A stretch of 64,000 nucleotides of DNA from Longimicrobiales bacterium (GTDB taxonomy: Bacteria; Gemmatimonadota; Gemmatimonadetes; Longimicrobiales; Gaopeijiaceae), in NCBI GenBank assembly GCA_965219445.1, contig CBDCNQ010000001.1, positions 32,001-96,000 on the forward strand, written 5' to 3'. The stretch's first letter is position 1. Each line of letters starts with the position of its first letter. The translations under genes and the position numbers were made by a program. Below are positions 39,295 through 48,189 of this stretch, piece after piece. Under the pieces are notes generated by a model. The model saw only the letters and a program-made list of their open reading frames with translations. It did no database searches and had not been told where the DNA came from.

Positions 39295-41682
39295 GTGGAG
39301 AACGAACAGGCTGGCGGCCGCATGGATTCCGAATTGGCGGGTGCTTCACCTCACATCGCCGACTACTGGCAGGTGATCGCCCGTCGTCTTTGGCTGGTGG
39401 TACTGATCTTTGGCATGACGACCGCCTCGGCCATCTGGGCGGTATCGCAGCAGCGCACGATCTACGAGACCAGAAGCTCCATTCAGATCAACGATCCCCT
39501 CGAGGTCTCCCGTCAACTCAGGGTGGAGACGCGGGGGCTGAGCCGTGTCAGCCTTTTCGTGGATCCCATCGAGTCGGAGATCCAGGTATTGGCTTCAGCT
39601 CAGGTCGCCCGCCAGGTGGTGGACGAACTGGGACTGCGCATGCTCCCGGAAGATGCAAACCTGGTTCGCTCTCAGCTGTTTCTCGATGCCTGGGTCGATC
39701 CGAACCTACCGGATTCCCGTCTGGAACTCGCGTATGATGCCGAAGGACTGCAGGCCCAGATTCTCGACGCCGCCGGTATGGAACTGGCCGCGGGCCCGGT
39801 CAGCACCGTTCTCGACCTTGGGCTGCTACGGCTGACGCCCCAACCTCCGCCCAATGAGGACCGGCGCTTCGGATTGGTGATTCATCCGGCCAGCGGAGTC
39901 CAAGGTGAGGTCCAGGGCAGATTGGTGGCCGGGTCCCTCGAACAGACGAACATCGTTCAGGTGGCCTACAGGGCGTCCGACCCCCTCCTGGCGCCGAAGA
40001 TTCTTAACGAAGCCACGGCCGCTCTGCAGAGCCGCGGACGGGATAGGGTCAGGGACGGTGCCCAACGCGAGCTCGATTTCATCGAGCAACGCCTGGACAG
40101 TGCAATGACGCTCCTTCAGGAATCCTCCCAAGAGATCCGGAGTTTCAAGGAGAGCGCGGCGTTCACGAACCTCACGATCCAGGAGCAGCAGCTCCTGAAT
40201 AATTTCGAGCGCACCGACGAGCGCATGCAAGCGTTCATCGCGCATGAGGACGCACTCCATGCCCTTGCCGTTAGCCTTGAAGAGTCGGGGGTCGAAGGCG
40301 TGGACCTCGTGAGCTTCATGGCCGTCCTCCCGGCCGGCGGGAATCCCCAGATCCGAAGGATCGCGGACGATATCCAGGAGCGGAAGAACGAGATCCAGGT
40401 CTTGATCACGGAGGAGGGGAAGACCGGGGATCACCCTCAGGTCATAGCGGTCCGGGCTCAACTCACGACGAGAGAAAGCGAACTTCGGTCTGCGGTTGGG
40501 GAAAATCTGGTCGTGTTGAGTGGTCAAATTGAAGACGAGCAGAGCCAGCTCAACCGAATTCGGGCGGATCAGGCCAACTTCCCCGAACTGGAAAATCGCC
40601 TTGACGAGTTGAACATTCAGTTGGGTCTCGATCAGGAGACGGTACGTTTCCTGACGTCGCAGCAATATCAGGCGCAGATCACTTCGGCCGCGGCCTCTGC
40701 CTACGTCAGTGTCGTCGATTCGGCCAGTATCGCCTATCCGGTGACTACCGGGGGCCAAACCAACCTGTTGCTGGGGGCAATACTCGGGCTGATCCTCGGC
40801 ATCGGTGCAGCCTTCTTCCTCGAATACCTCGACCGAACGGTACGTACCAGCGCGGACGTCGAGATGCTTCTGAGTATTCCGGTCCTAGGCATTATCCCAC
40901 GGCTTCGCAAGATCCCGCCGGAGTCGGAGCCCGAGGATCGCCGTTCCTCCGGTCTTCCGTTGTTGGTGGCCCTAGGCCCCCTCGATCCCGCAGCGGAAGC
41001 ATACCGGAATCTCCGTATGAACCTCACGTTCATGAGCACCGAGGATAAGCCGATCCGGACCCTGCTCTTCTCGAGCCCGGGTCCGAACGAGGGCAAGTCC
41101 ACGTCGGCGATCAACTTCGCCGTCATGCTCGCCCAACAGGGTGAGCGGGTCCTGCTGGTAGACGCCGACATCCGGCGACCGGCGCTCCATCGAGCCATGG
41201 ACGTTATGCGCGAGCCCGGCTTGACGGATCTTCTGTTGGGGGAGGCCAACGCCCGTGAGGCGGTCCGGCCCAATGTGCTGCCCAATTTGGACTTATTGCC
41301 GAGCGGCCCCTTTCCACCGAATCCCTCTGAACTGCTGAACTCAAAGAAGATGGGGCAGGTTCTCAAGGATTTCGAAGGGACGTACAGCCACATCATCCTC
41401 GATAGCCCGCCGATTCTCGCCGTCACTGATTCCACGGTCCTGGGGACGCATACCGACGGCGTGATTCTGGTGCTCCGGTCGGGGAACACCGAGCAGAGAG
41501 CGGCCGAGAGAGCAGTCGATCAGCTTCGGCGGGTCGGAGTGCAGGTCTTCGGTGCGGTGCTCAACGAAGTGGCATCGACGACCGTGGAGGAGAGCTACTA
41601 CATGCAGTACTACTACAGCTACAACCCGCAACAGCGCACGGGGTGGAAGAAACTGGCTCAAACCTTTCAGAAGACTCCATAG
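39295..41682 (+). CDS. wzc: Wzc-type polysaccharide co-polymerase / tyrosine autokinase (start uncertain, 39295 or 39322)
   Basis: Two TM segments around a coiled coil, EAYRNLR, GPNEGKST, DSPP and a Tyr-rich tail YYMQYYYSY. Confidence 0.9.
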   Translation: MENEQAGGRMDSELAGASPHIADYWQVIARRLWLVVLIFGMTTASAIWAVSQQRTIYETRSSIQINDPLEVSRQLRVETRGLSRVSLFVDPIESEIQVLASAQVARQVVDELGLRMLPEDANLVRSQLFLDAWVDPNLPDSRLELAYDAEGLQAQILDAAGMELAAGPVSTVLDLGLLRLTPQPPPNEDRRFGLVIHPASGVQGEVQGRLVAGSLEQTNIVQVAYRASDPLLAPKILNEATAALQSRGRDRVRDGAQRELDFIEQRLDSAMTLLQESSQEIRSFKESAAFTNLTIQEQQLLNNFERTDERMQAFIAHEDALHALAVSLEESGVEGVDLVSFMAVLPAGGNPQIRRIADDIQERKNEIQVLITEEGKTGDHPQVIAVRAQLTTRESELRSAVGENLVVLSGQIEDEQSQLNRIRADQANFPELENRLDELNIQLGLDQETVRFLTSQQYQAQITSAAASAYVSVVDSASIAYPVTTGGQTNLLLGAILGLILGIGAAFFLEYLDRTVRTSADVEMLLSIPVLGIIPRLRKIPPESEPEDRRSSGLPLLVALGPLDPAAEAYRNLRMNLTFMSTEDKPIRTLLFSSPGPNEGKSTSAINFAVMLAQQGERVLLVDADIRRPALHRAMDVMREPGLTDLLLGEANAREAVRPNVLPNLDLLPSGPFPPNPSELLNSKKMGQVLKDFEGTYSHIILDSPPILAVTDSTVLGTHTDGVILVLRSGNTEQRAAERAVDQLRRVGVQVFGAVLNEVASTTVEESYYMQYYYSYNPQQRTGWKKLAQTFQKTP

Positions 41683-41852
41683 GCACAGCAGAGCAGCTCG
41701 GAAGGGGGCTCACCGGCTCCTCCGAAGAAAGTAGAGCTCTGCACGACGGGCGGTACGACTGGTGCTCCGGGCGTGGGATCGGGTGACCCGGCATGAATTC
41801 CAACTGTGGCCGGACGGTGCCCGCCCCGCTCCTCACTCGCTCTCCTGCTCAT
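41667..41852 (-). pseudogene. N-terminal remnant of a Cys/Met-metabolism PLP enzyme
   Basis: ATVGIHAG...GAPVVPPVVQSSTF, which is the family N-terminal motif, followed by a stop at the wzc 3' end. Confidence 0.7.
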
Positions 41853-41865
41853 GCCGCTTCCCTCC

Positions 41866-42453
41866 TCACGAGGCGCCACCCACCAATGTACCGAGCGCGT
41901 GATAGACGCGGTCTCCACGAGCTACGAACGCAACGCGCCGGAGGACGAGCTCTTCCAGCGCATCTCGGTGATGAGACCCGGGGAACACCTCGGGAATCTC
42001 CGCCGCGACGATCCGGCCACGATCCTCGAGGACTGTCCAAACGTATTCCTCCTCCTCCGTCCGCGTTCCCATCAGTTCGCACAAGCCATCACCGCCTTGC
42101 GCCACGGCCAGCAACTCTCGCCTCTCCAGTACGGTCTGGATCGGTTCTTGAAGGCTCGGACGCACGCCCCTGAAGACGAAGAGGGCATCGCCGGGTCGGT
42201 CCTCTTCGAGAAAACGCATCAAGAGTTTCGCCACGATCTCGTCGGCGCATGAGAAATCCATGACGGTCACATCCGAAAGGTCGATCAACGAAAGAGCCGT
42301 TCGTGAACTTCCCGAGACCTGTTCTTCGATGGCGAGGCGAACCGCCCGGCCCGTGGGCCGTGTCACCAGATGAGAATAAAGAGATTCGACGGATCTACGT
42401 AAGACGAGCCCCACGTCGATCGAGATGGGCTCGACCCCTGGCTCAATCCGCAT
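41866..42453 (-). CDS. STAS-like domain protein with possible C-terminal winged helix
   Basis: IDLSDVTVMDFSCADE STAS-like motif. The C-terminal helix-helix-strand pattern was judged by eye. Confidence 0.7.
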   Translation of the reverse strand: MRIEPGVEPISIDVGLVLRRSVESLYSHLVTRPTGRAVRLAIEEQVSGSSRTALSLIDLSDVTVMDFSCADEIVAKLLMRFLEEDRPGDALFVFRGVRPSLQEPIQTVLERRELLAVAQGGDGLCELMGTRTEEEEYVWTVLEDRGRIVAAEIPEVFPGSHHRDALEELVLRRVAFVARGDRVYHALGTLVGGAS

Positions 42454-43336
42454 GATCGACGCGCTCCGGTAAGAGGATGTTTATCTGGGTCCCCGGAAAA
42501 TCCGACAGCTCCCCCTCCAACGGTGGCGCATCAAACCACTCGGGCACGTCCGCGATACGCGCGGTGCCGCTACGAATGGAGATCAGACCATCCCAACGAC
42601 GAACTTGCTTCCTGATCTGCTGGATACCCTGCCCCCGCCCCGAGTCCGGAAAGCGCGTGAGGCCATGAATGAAGGCCGCCTCGAGCGCGGTCACATCCCC
42701 CCACCGATCGGCGAACCGCGCGGAGTGCTCGTCGGCGAGAGACCCCCGGAATCCCCTTCCGAGATCGGCAACCGAAATGATGACCACGTGCCGGCCCAAG
42801 CGCTTCGACCAGTTGTAGGACTGGGCGGCGACCCAACCGGGCGCCTCGGCATGCTCGAGGATGTTCTGGCAGACCTCGCTCAAAATCACACTGAATTGTA
42901 CTACCGAGGTCAGCGGATAGCCGAGGGTCTTGGACAGGATGGCGCCCGCCCCATCTTGAATGCGTTCCACCACATCATGGACGTCGCTGTTCTTGGTGAT
43001 CGGTGTGATCTCCAGCAGAACGTCGGATGGCCCTGAAGAACGTCGCGGAAAGGAAGTCCCAGCCGCGAAGATGCCCTCGGCCGCCTGAAAAAAGTCCATG
43101 CGCCCCAGGTAGCTCTTCACGTCGTCCGCCCCACCCAACTCCAGGATCGGTGCCTCCCCGCTTCGGTCCCGACCGACGGAGCCAGCCGCGAGGAGGCCCA
43201 CCATACCGTTGGGACCGACCCAGCGGAGGTGCCGCCCATCGAAGAGGACCTTTTCGCCCCCAACGTCCGCGACCTCGGCGAAAAGCGCGTCCAGCGTTTG
43301 GAAATCCAAGGATGCAGGGAGGTCGATGACCCTCAC
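42443..43336 (-). CDS. STAS-like plus GHKL (HATPase_c) domain protein
   Basis: N-terminal FDGRHLRWVGPNG; GHKL boxes SEVCQNILEHA, ADLGRG, GRGQG and PGT. Confidence 0.8.
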   Translation of the reverse strand: MRVIDLPASLDFQTLDALFAEVADVGGEKVLFDGRHLRWVGPNGMVGLLAAGSVGRDRSGEAPILELGGADDVKSYLGRMDFFQAAEGIFAAGTSFPRRSSGPSDVLLEITPITKNSDVHDVVERIQDGAGAILSKTLGYPLTSVVQFSVILSEVCQNILEHAEAPGWVAAQSYNWSKRLGRHVVIISVADLGRGFRGSLADEHSARFADRWGDVTALEAAFIHGLTRFPDSGRGQGIQQIRKQVRRWDGLISIRSGTARIADVPEWFDAPPLEGELSDFPGTQINILLPERVDHAD

Positions 43337-43361
43337 TCGGAAAGCTCTTCTCCGCTCGGTA

Positions 43362-45164
43362 TCATGACTCGCCGAGCTTGAGCACCGCGAGAAACGCCTC
43401 CTGGGGAATTTCCACCGAGCCCACCTGCTTCATCCTACGCTTCCCGGCCTTCTGCTTCTCGAGAAGCTTTCGTTTCCGGGTGATGTCGCCCCCGTAGCAC
43501 TTCGCGGTGACATTCTTGCGGAGCGCCTTGACGTTGCTGCGTGCCACGATCTGAGTCCCTATCGCGGCCTGGAGCGCAACCTCAAACTGCTGGCGCGGAA
43601 TCAGTTTCTTGAGGCGGCGAACCAAGTCACGGCCGTACTCCATCGCCTTGTCTTCGTGGATAATGACCGAAAACGCATCTACGGGATCACCATTCACCAG
43701 GATATCCAGCTTGACCAGGTCGCCCGGCCGAAACTCCAGAAACTCATAATCCAGGGCCGCATACCCGCGTGTACCCCCCTTCAGCCGGTCGTAGAAATCG
43801 AGCACGATTTCGGCGAGAGGCAACTCGAACTCGATCTCGACGCGTTGCGGGTCAAGATATTGCATTCCCCCAAAGACTCCCCGTCTGTCATGGCAAAGCT
43901 TCTGTACGTTGCCGATGTACTCCGCAGGACATACGATGCGTGCCTTCACAATCGGCTCCGCGACGCTCGCGACGCGGCCACGCTCCGGGAGCAGCGTGGG
44001 GTTCTCCAGAACCATCTGGGTTTCGTCGGTCAGGGTGACGTGGTACTCCACGTTCGGCATGGTCGTAATGAGCTCGACGCCGAATTCCCTGTCGAGCCGT
44101 TCCTGGATGATTTCCATGTGCAGGAGCCCCAGGAATCCGCAGCGAAAGCCGAAGCCGAGAGCGACCGAGGTCTCCGGCACGTAGTTCAGGCTGGCATCGT
44201 TGAGCTTGAGGCGGTCGAGGGCGTCTCGTAGACCTTCATAATCGTCGCCGTCCGTCGGGTACAGCCCAGCGAACACCATAGAGTGTACATCCTTGTAGCC
44301 CTCCAGGAGTTCGGTCGCCGGCTCCGCAACATCCAAAATCGTATCGCCCACACGCGTGTGTGAGACATCCTTGATCGCGGCGATGACGTACCCGACCTCA
44401 CCAGGGCCGAGCTCGGATCGCGGGATCCGCCCAAGGCGCATCGCCCCCACCTCCGTTACCTCATAGCTCTGATCGACGGCCCCGAAAGTGATCAACATTC
44501 CGAGCTTCACCACACCGTCCACCACACGGATGTTGGGGACAGCACCCTGATATTGATCGTACGACGAATCGAAGATGAGGGCCCTGAGGGGCGCCTTCGG
44601 ATCGCCGCTCGGAGGCGGTATGTCACGGACCACAGCCTCCAGGATCGGCTCGATCCCGACCCCCTCCTTGGCGCTCGCCAGGAGGATCTTTTCGGGATCT
44701 GTTCCGAGGAGGTCCGCGACCTCTGCCCGCCTTCGTTCAGGCTCCGCCCCCGGGAGATCGATCTTGTTGATCACTGCGATGATCGCTAGCCCGGCATCCA
44801 AGGCGAGGAAGAGGTTCGAGAGCGTTTGAGCCTGCACGCCTTGTGTGGCGTCGACAACGAGAACCGCTCCCTCGCATGCCGCCAGGGAGCGGGAGACCTC
44901 GTACGTGAAATCGACGTGTCCCGGTGTATCGATCAGGTTCAGGACGTACGCCTCGCCGTCCTCGGCATTGTACGTCATCCGGACCGCGTGGAGCTTGATC
45001 GTGATCCCGCGCTCCCTCTCCAACTCGTTGGAATCCAGAACCTGCTCCCGCATATCCCGCTGGTCGATAGCTCCCGTCGCCTCGAGCAGTCGATCAGCAA
45101 GCGTCGATTTGCCGTGATCGATATGCGCGACAATACAGAAGTTCCGTATGTGGCTGAGGTTCAC
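43362..45164 (-). CDS. lepA: Translation elongation factor 4
   Basis: [23 protein letters not shown] and [10 protein letters not shown] motifs. Confidence 0.98.
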   Translation of the reverse strand: MNLSHIRNFCIVAHIDHGKSTLADRLLEATGAIDQRDMREQVLDSNELERERGITIKLHAVRMTYNAEDGEAYVLNLIDTPGHVDFTYEVSRSLAACEGAVLVVDATQGVQAQTLSNLFLALDAGLAIIAVINKIDLPGAEPERRRAEVADLLGTDPEKILLASAKEGVGIEPILEAVVRDIPPPSGDPKAPLRALIFDSSYDQYQGAVPNIRVVDGVVKLGMLITFGAVDQSYEVTEVGAMRLGRIPRSELGPGEVGYVIAAIKDVSHTRVGDTILDVAEPATELLEGYKDVHSMVFAGLYPTDGDDYEGLRDALDRLKLNDASLNYVPETSVALGFGFRCGFLGLLHMEIIQERLDREFGVELITTMPNVEYHVTLTDETQMVLENPTLLPERGRVASVAEPIVKARIVCPAEYIGNVQKLCHDRRGVFGGMQYLDPQRVEIEFELPLAEIVLDFYDRLKGGTRGYAALDYEFLEFRPGDLVKLDILVNGDPVDAFSVIIHEDKAMEYGRDLVRRLKKLIPRQQFEVALQAAIGTQIVARSNVKALRKNVTAKCYGGDITRKRKLLEKQKAGKRRMKQVGSVEIPQEAFLAVLKLGES

Positions 45165-45196
45165 GTAGGGGTGATTCCGCGTCGAATGTGGCGTTC

Positions 45197-45567
45197 AGAA
45201 GGCTGTTGAAGGAGTACAGTGGGTCGCGTTGCGGATGCCACGGCCCCAGACCCTAGGCGGAGCGACGACGCCATAGCCTTAGCTATGGCTAGGAACTCCA
45301 ACAACGGAGATGGGGTCGTGCCACCGCAACCCATCAACGCGTAAGCTTATGTCATAAATGGTGGAGGGCACAGGGCGGTTGTGCGGTTGATCCTGCGTCT
45401 CTCCTCCTCGCCGTAGCGTTGCTACGCCTCGTCGTCGTTCCTTCTTCGCCTTCGGCTCAGGTGCCACGGAAATCATTGCTCGACGTCGTACACTTGTGTC
45501 CGCGACGTTGTCTGAACGCGCACAAGCGCCCTGTGCGCGACCCACTGTACTCCTTCAACAGCCTTCT
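45197..45567 (+). mobile_element. MITE/REP-like element, copy 4 (longest)
   Basis: Perfect 32-bp TIR AGAAGGCTGTTGAAGGAGTACAGTGGGTCGCG at 45197-45228 and 45536-45567. Confidence 0.92.
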
Positions 45568-45617
45568 AGTAGAACGCTACCAAGATAGTCCGATGAAATC
45601 CGCGGCAGAAGGAGGGT

Positions 45618-46976
45618 TCAACGCCTTCTCGTTCTGGTCGGACTCCTCGGGGTCGGCCCTGCGGGTCCTCGGCCGGTCGGTGACGTCCGGGAGCGCGCTC
45701 TAGGCGCCGGGCGGGCGGATGCTGACCCGCGGGACGGCCCGGGAGGTCGACGCGTGGACGGACGCTGCGACGGCGATCGAGGGGACGGCTCTGCCCGGGG
45801 ATTGTCCCGCCTTCTCGTGGAGGGCCGATCTGGCTGTGGTGAGGGACGCGGCTGAGCCGGCCGAGGCCTCGCTGTCTCGGAACGCGACGGGGTGTCTTGG
45901 GCCCGAGCGCCCGACCGTCGCTCGAGCGTCGGGCGCCTCGGTTCTCGGTCATCGACCGGTGGCGGGGTCACACGTCCGCCATCCGGTCTAACTCGGGGTG
46001 TCACATCCCGGCCGGAGGGAGTACGGCGGCTCGTGGTCGTCGGAGGCGCCACAACGGGCGGCGAAGCGACCCGGGCCCTACCCGCTCTCGGATTGGCCCT
46101 CGGTCGGTCGGCCACAGACGGTGGACCGTCCCTTGCGCCTTGACGCACCACCCTGACCGGCGTGCCGGGGTCGCCCAGAGCTCGCTCCTTGAACTCGAAA
46201 CGTGGACGTGTCGGGTTGCGGGGGCCCATCATCACGACGCGATTAGGGCGGTACCGGTAGGAGGGATAGAAATACGGGTCATCGTAGACGACAACCCTGA
46301 AGTTCACGCACGTGTACCGGTAGGGATTCCATGTGCCGTACGGGCGGAACCCATGGCACTGATAACACAGGAACCGGGGAAACTCGTGAGCACGTCCCAC
46401 CTTGTAGGAGATGAAATCCAGCCCGTAGTCCACGTATTCCCAATCGGGGACAAGCCGGGCCACGTAATCATCCATGGCGACGTAGGGATCCGTGTACACC
46501 GTGCTCCCTACGGCGGAAAGATCCCATCCTGCGTCGTAGTACGAATACCTGAAATCCGAGAGGTCGAACGGAGCCGGTGAGGTCACCATAAAGAAATACC
46601 CGACTCCGGGCCGATCATCGACGTTCCAATAAGCAGAACGCGGGAAGAGCAACCTGTAATCCCGATCCGCCCTCGCATAATGATTTTCGGAGGGGGAGCG
46701 CGGGTACAGCATCCTCGTCGTGCCGTCGGTGTCGATCTGAAGGATCGCCACATATGCATCTGCATCGGTCCGGTAGTAGATGCGGACGCGGTCGCCCGCC
46801 TCTAGCACGGGATCCACCCCACGGTCCAACCAGATGCGGGGCTCCAGGACCTCTTGCGCGTGGACATACGAGATGGACCGGTCCAAGCCACCCGTATCGA
46901 CGGTCGCTTTCACCGCACCGGAGCCCATGCCCGGCGCCAGCACGGTCACCGTGGTGACGGCTCCCACGATCCACAT
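45618..46976 (-). CDS. DUF4384-like exported protein with a CxxCH motif and a Pro/Arg-rich tail
   Basis: RBS GGAGGAGG before ATG 46976; GDRVRIYYRT..DAYV..IDTDG..LYP pattern; CYQCH. Confidence 0.75.
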   Translation of the reverse strand: MWIVGAVTTVTVLAPGMGSGAVKATVDTGGLDRSISYVHAQEVLEPRIWLDRGVDPVLEAGDRVRIYYRTDADAYVAILQIDTDGTTRMLYPRSPSENHYARADRDYRLLFPRSAYWNVDDRPGVGYFFMVTSPAPFDLSDFRYSYYDAGWDLSAVGSTVYTDPYVAMDDYVARLVPDWEYVDYGLDFISYKVGRAHEFPRFLCYQCHGFRPYGTWNPYRYTCVNFRVVVYDDPYFYPSYRYRPNRVVMMGPRNPTRPRFEFKERALGDPGTPVRVVRQGARDGPPSVADRPRANPRAGRARVASPPVVAPPTTTSRRTPSGRDVTPRVRPDGGRVTPPPVDDREPRRPTLERRSGARAQDTPSRSETARPRPAQPRPSPQPDRPSTRRRDNPRAEPSPRSPSQRPSTRRPPGPSRGSASARPAPRARSRTSPTGRGPAGPTPRSPTRTRRR

Positions 46977-47026
46977 CTTTCCTCCTCCAACGCATGCTCT
47001 TCTCAAAACGATTCAACCCTCATTCA

Positions 47027-47042
47027 AGCATGACGCGTGCCA
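47027..47042 (-). promoter_or_regulatory. Putative sigma54 -24/-12 promoter
   Basis: TGGCACG-CGTC-ATGCT with canonical GG-N10-GC spacing, about 50 nt upstream of the DUF4384-like gene. Confidence 0.55.
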
Positions 47043-47286
47043 CGTGGAAAAGGCGTGAATGGCCCTTGAAAACCAGTGATTTCAACAGATCCAGTCCGGC
47101 GTTCGTCCGAAATAGTGGACGGTGTGGGTACACCCGTGGACAGCAGCTCGGACCCCCCAACCCCATTGCCTTTCTCTCGTGACGCAGTAGTCTCTTCAGT
47201 CCAGCGGCAGGCGGCGCAGCACCACGGCCGCGATATCTGTTCGACTCGGGCCTGACGGTCGACAAGCCCCTCCACCGAGGTATTCC

Positions 47287-48189
47287 GTGCGTTCACGGCC
47301 AGATCTGTTGGATCCCCAAACGCTCTCGCAGTTGGGCGGCGTCGAGTTGATCGCCCGACAAGTCGTGGAGGGGTTCATCATGGGTCTCCACCGCTCCCCA
47401 CATAGGGGGTTCTCGGCCGAGTTTGCGGAGCTTCGCGCCTATCAGCCGGGCGACGATCTGCGCCATATCGATTGGCGCATGTTCGGCCGATCCGATCGGT
47501 ACTACGTGAAGCAGTTCGAGGAAGAGACCAACCTGAGAGCGTATATACTGGTGGATGTCAGTACATCGATGGGGTGGACTTCGAATCCGGGCGTGCTTCC
47601 GACTAAGCTATGGTATGCCAAGCACTTGGCGGCCTCCATTTCACTGATTCTTCTCCGTCAGGGTGATGCTGTTGGCATGGCCGCCTTCCACGACGAGGTC
47701 GTGGCTCGCGTGGCTCCAAAGGGGGGGCAACGTTCCTGGCACGAACTCCTGCGCAGATTGGCACCGCTCGAAGCCCAGGGGAGCACATCGGCTCACACAG
47801 CGCTCCGTGACATCGCTGTCCGGCTGCGTCGCCAAGGACTCGTGGTCTTGCTGTCCGATCTCCTGGTGGACCCTGAAACCACACGGACAGCACTTCGTTT
47901 CCTGAGGCATAAAGGACACGAGGTCCTCGTTTTCCACCTGATCGATCCGGGTGAGCGAGAGCTCCCAGCCGCGGGAGACACACGCCTCTTCGAGCCCGAG
48001 AGCGGCGATGAACTCAACGTCAACATCGCCGACGTCCGTTCGGCGTACCGGGACGCTGTGAAGGATGCGCTCGAAGAGTGGGACCGAGGCCTACGCCCTC
48101 ACGGGGTCGACTACGTTGTGGTCGGAACGGAGACGCCGCTCTCGAGGGCCCTGCGCTTTTACCTCCGAAAGCGGGAGCATCTCGGGTAA
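47287..48189 (+). CDS. DUF58 family protein
   Basis: GLHRSPHRGFSAEF, YQPGDDLRHIDW and DVSTSM motifs. Confidence 0.92.
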   Translation: MRSRPDLLDPQTLSQLGGVELIARQVVEGFIMGLHRSPHRGFSAEFAELRAYQPGDDLRHIDWRMFGRSDRYYVKQFEEETNLRAYILVDVSTSMGWTSNPGVLPTKLWYAKHLAASISLILLRQGDAVGMAAFHDEVVARVAPKGGQRSWHELLRRLAPLEAQGSTSAHTALRDIAVRLRRQGLVVLLSDLLVDPETTRTALRFLRHKGHEVLVFHLIDPGERELPAAGDTRLFEPESGDELNVNIADVRSAYRDAVKDALEEWDRGLRPHGVDYVVVGTETPLSRALRFYLRKREHLG

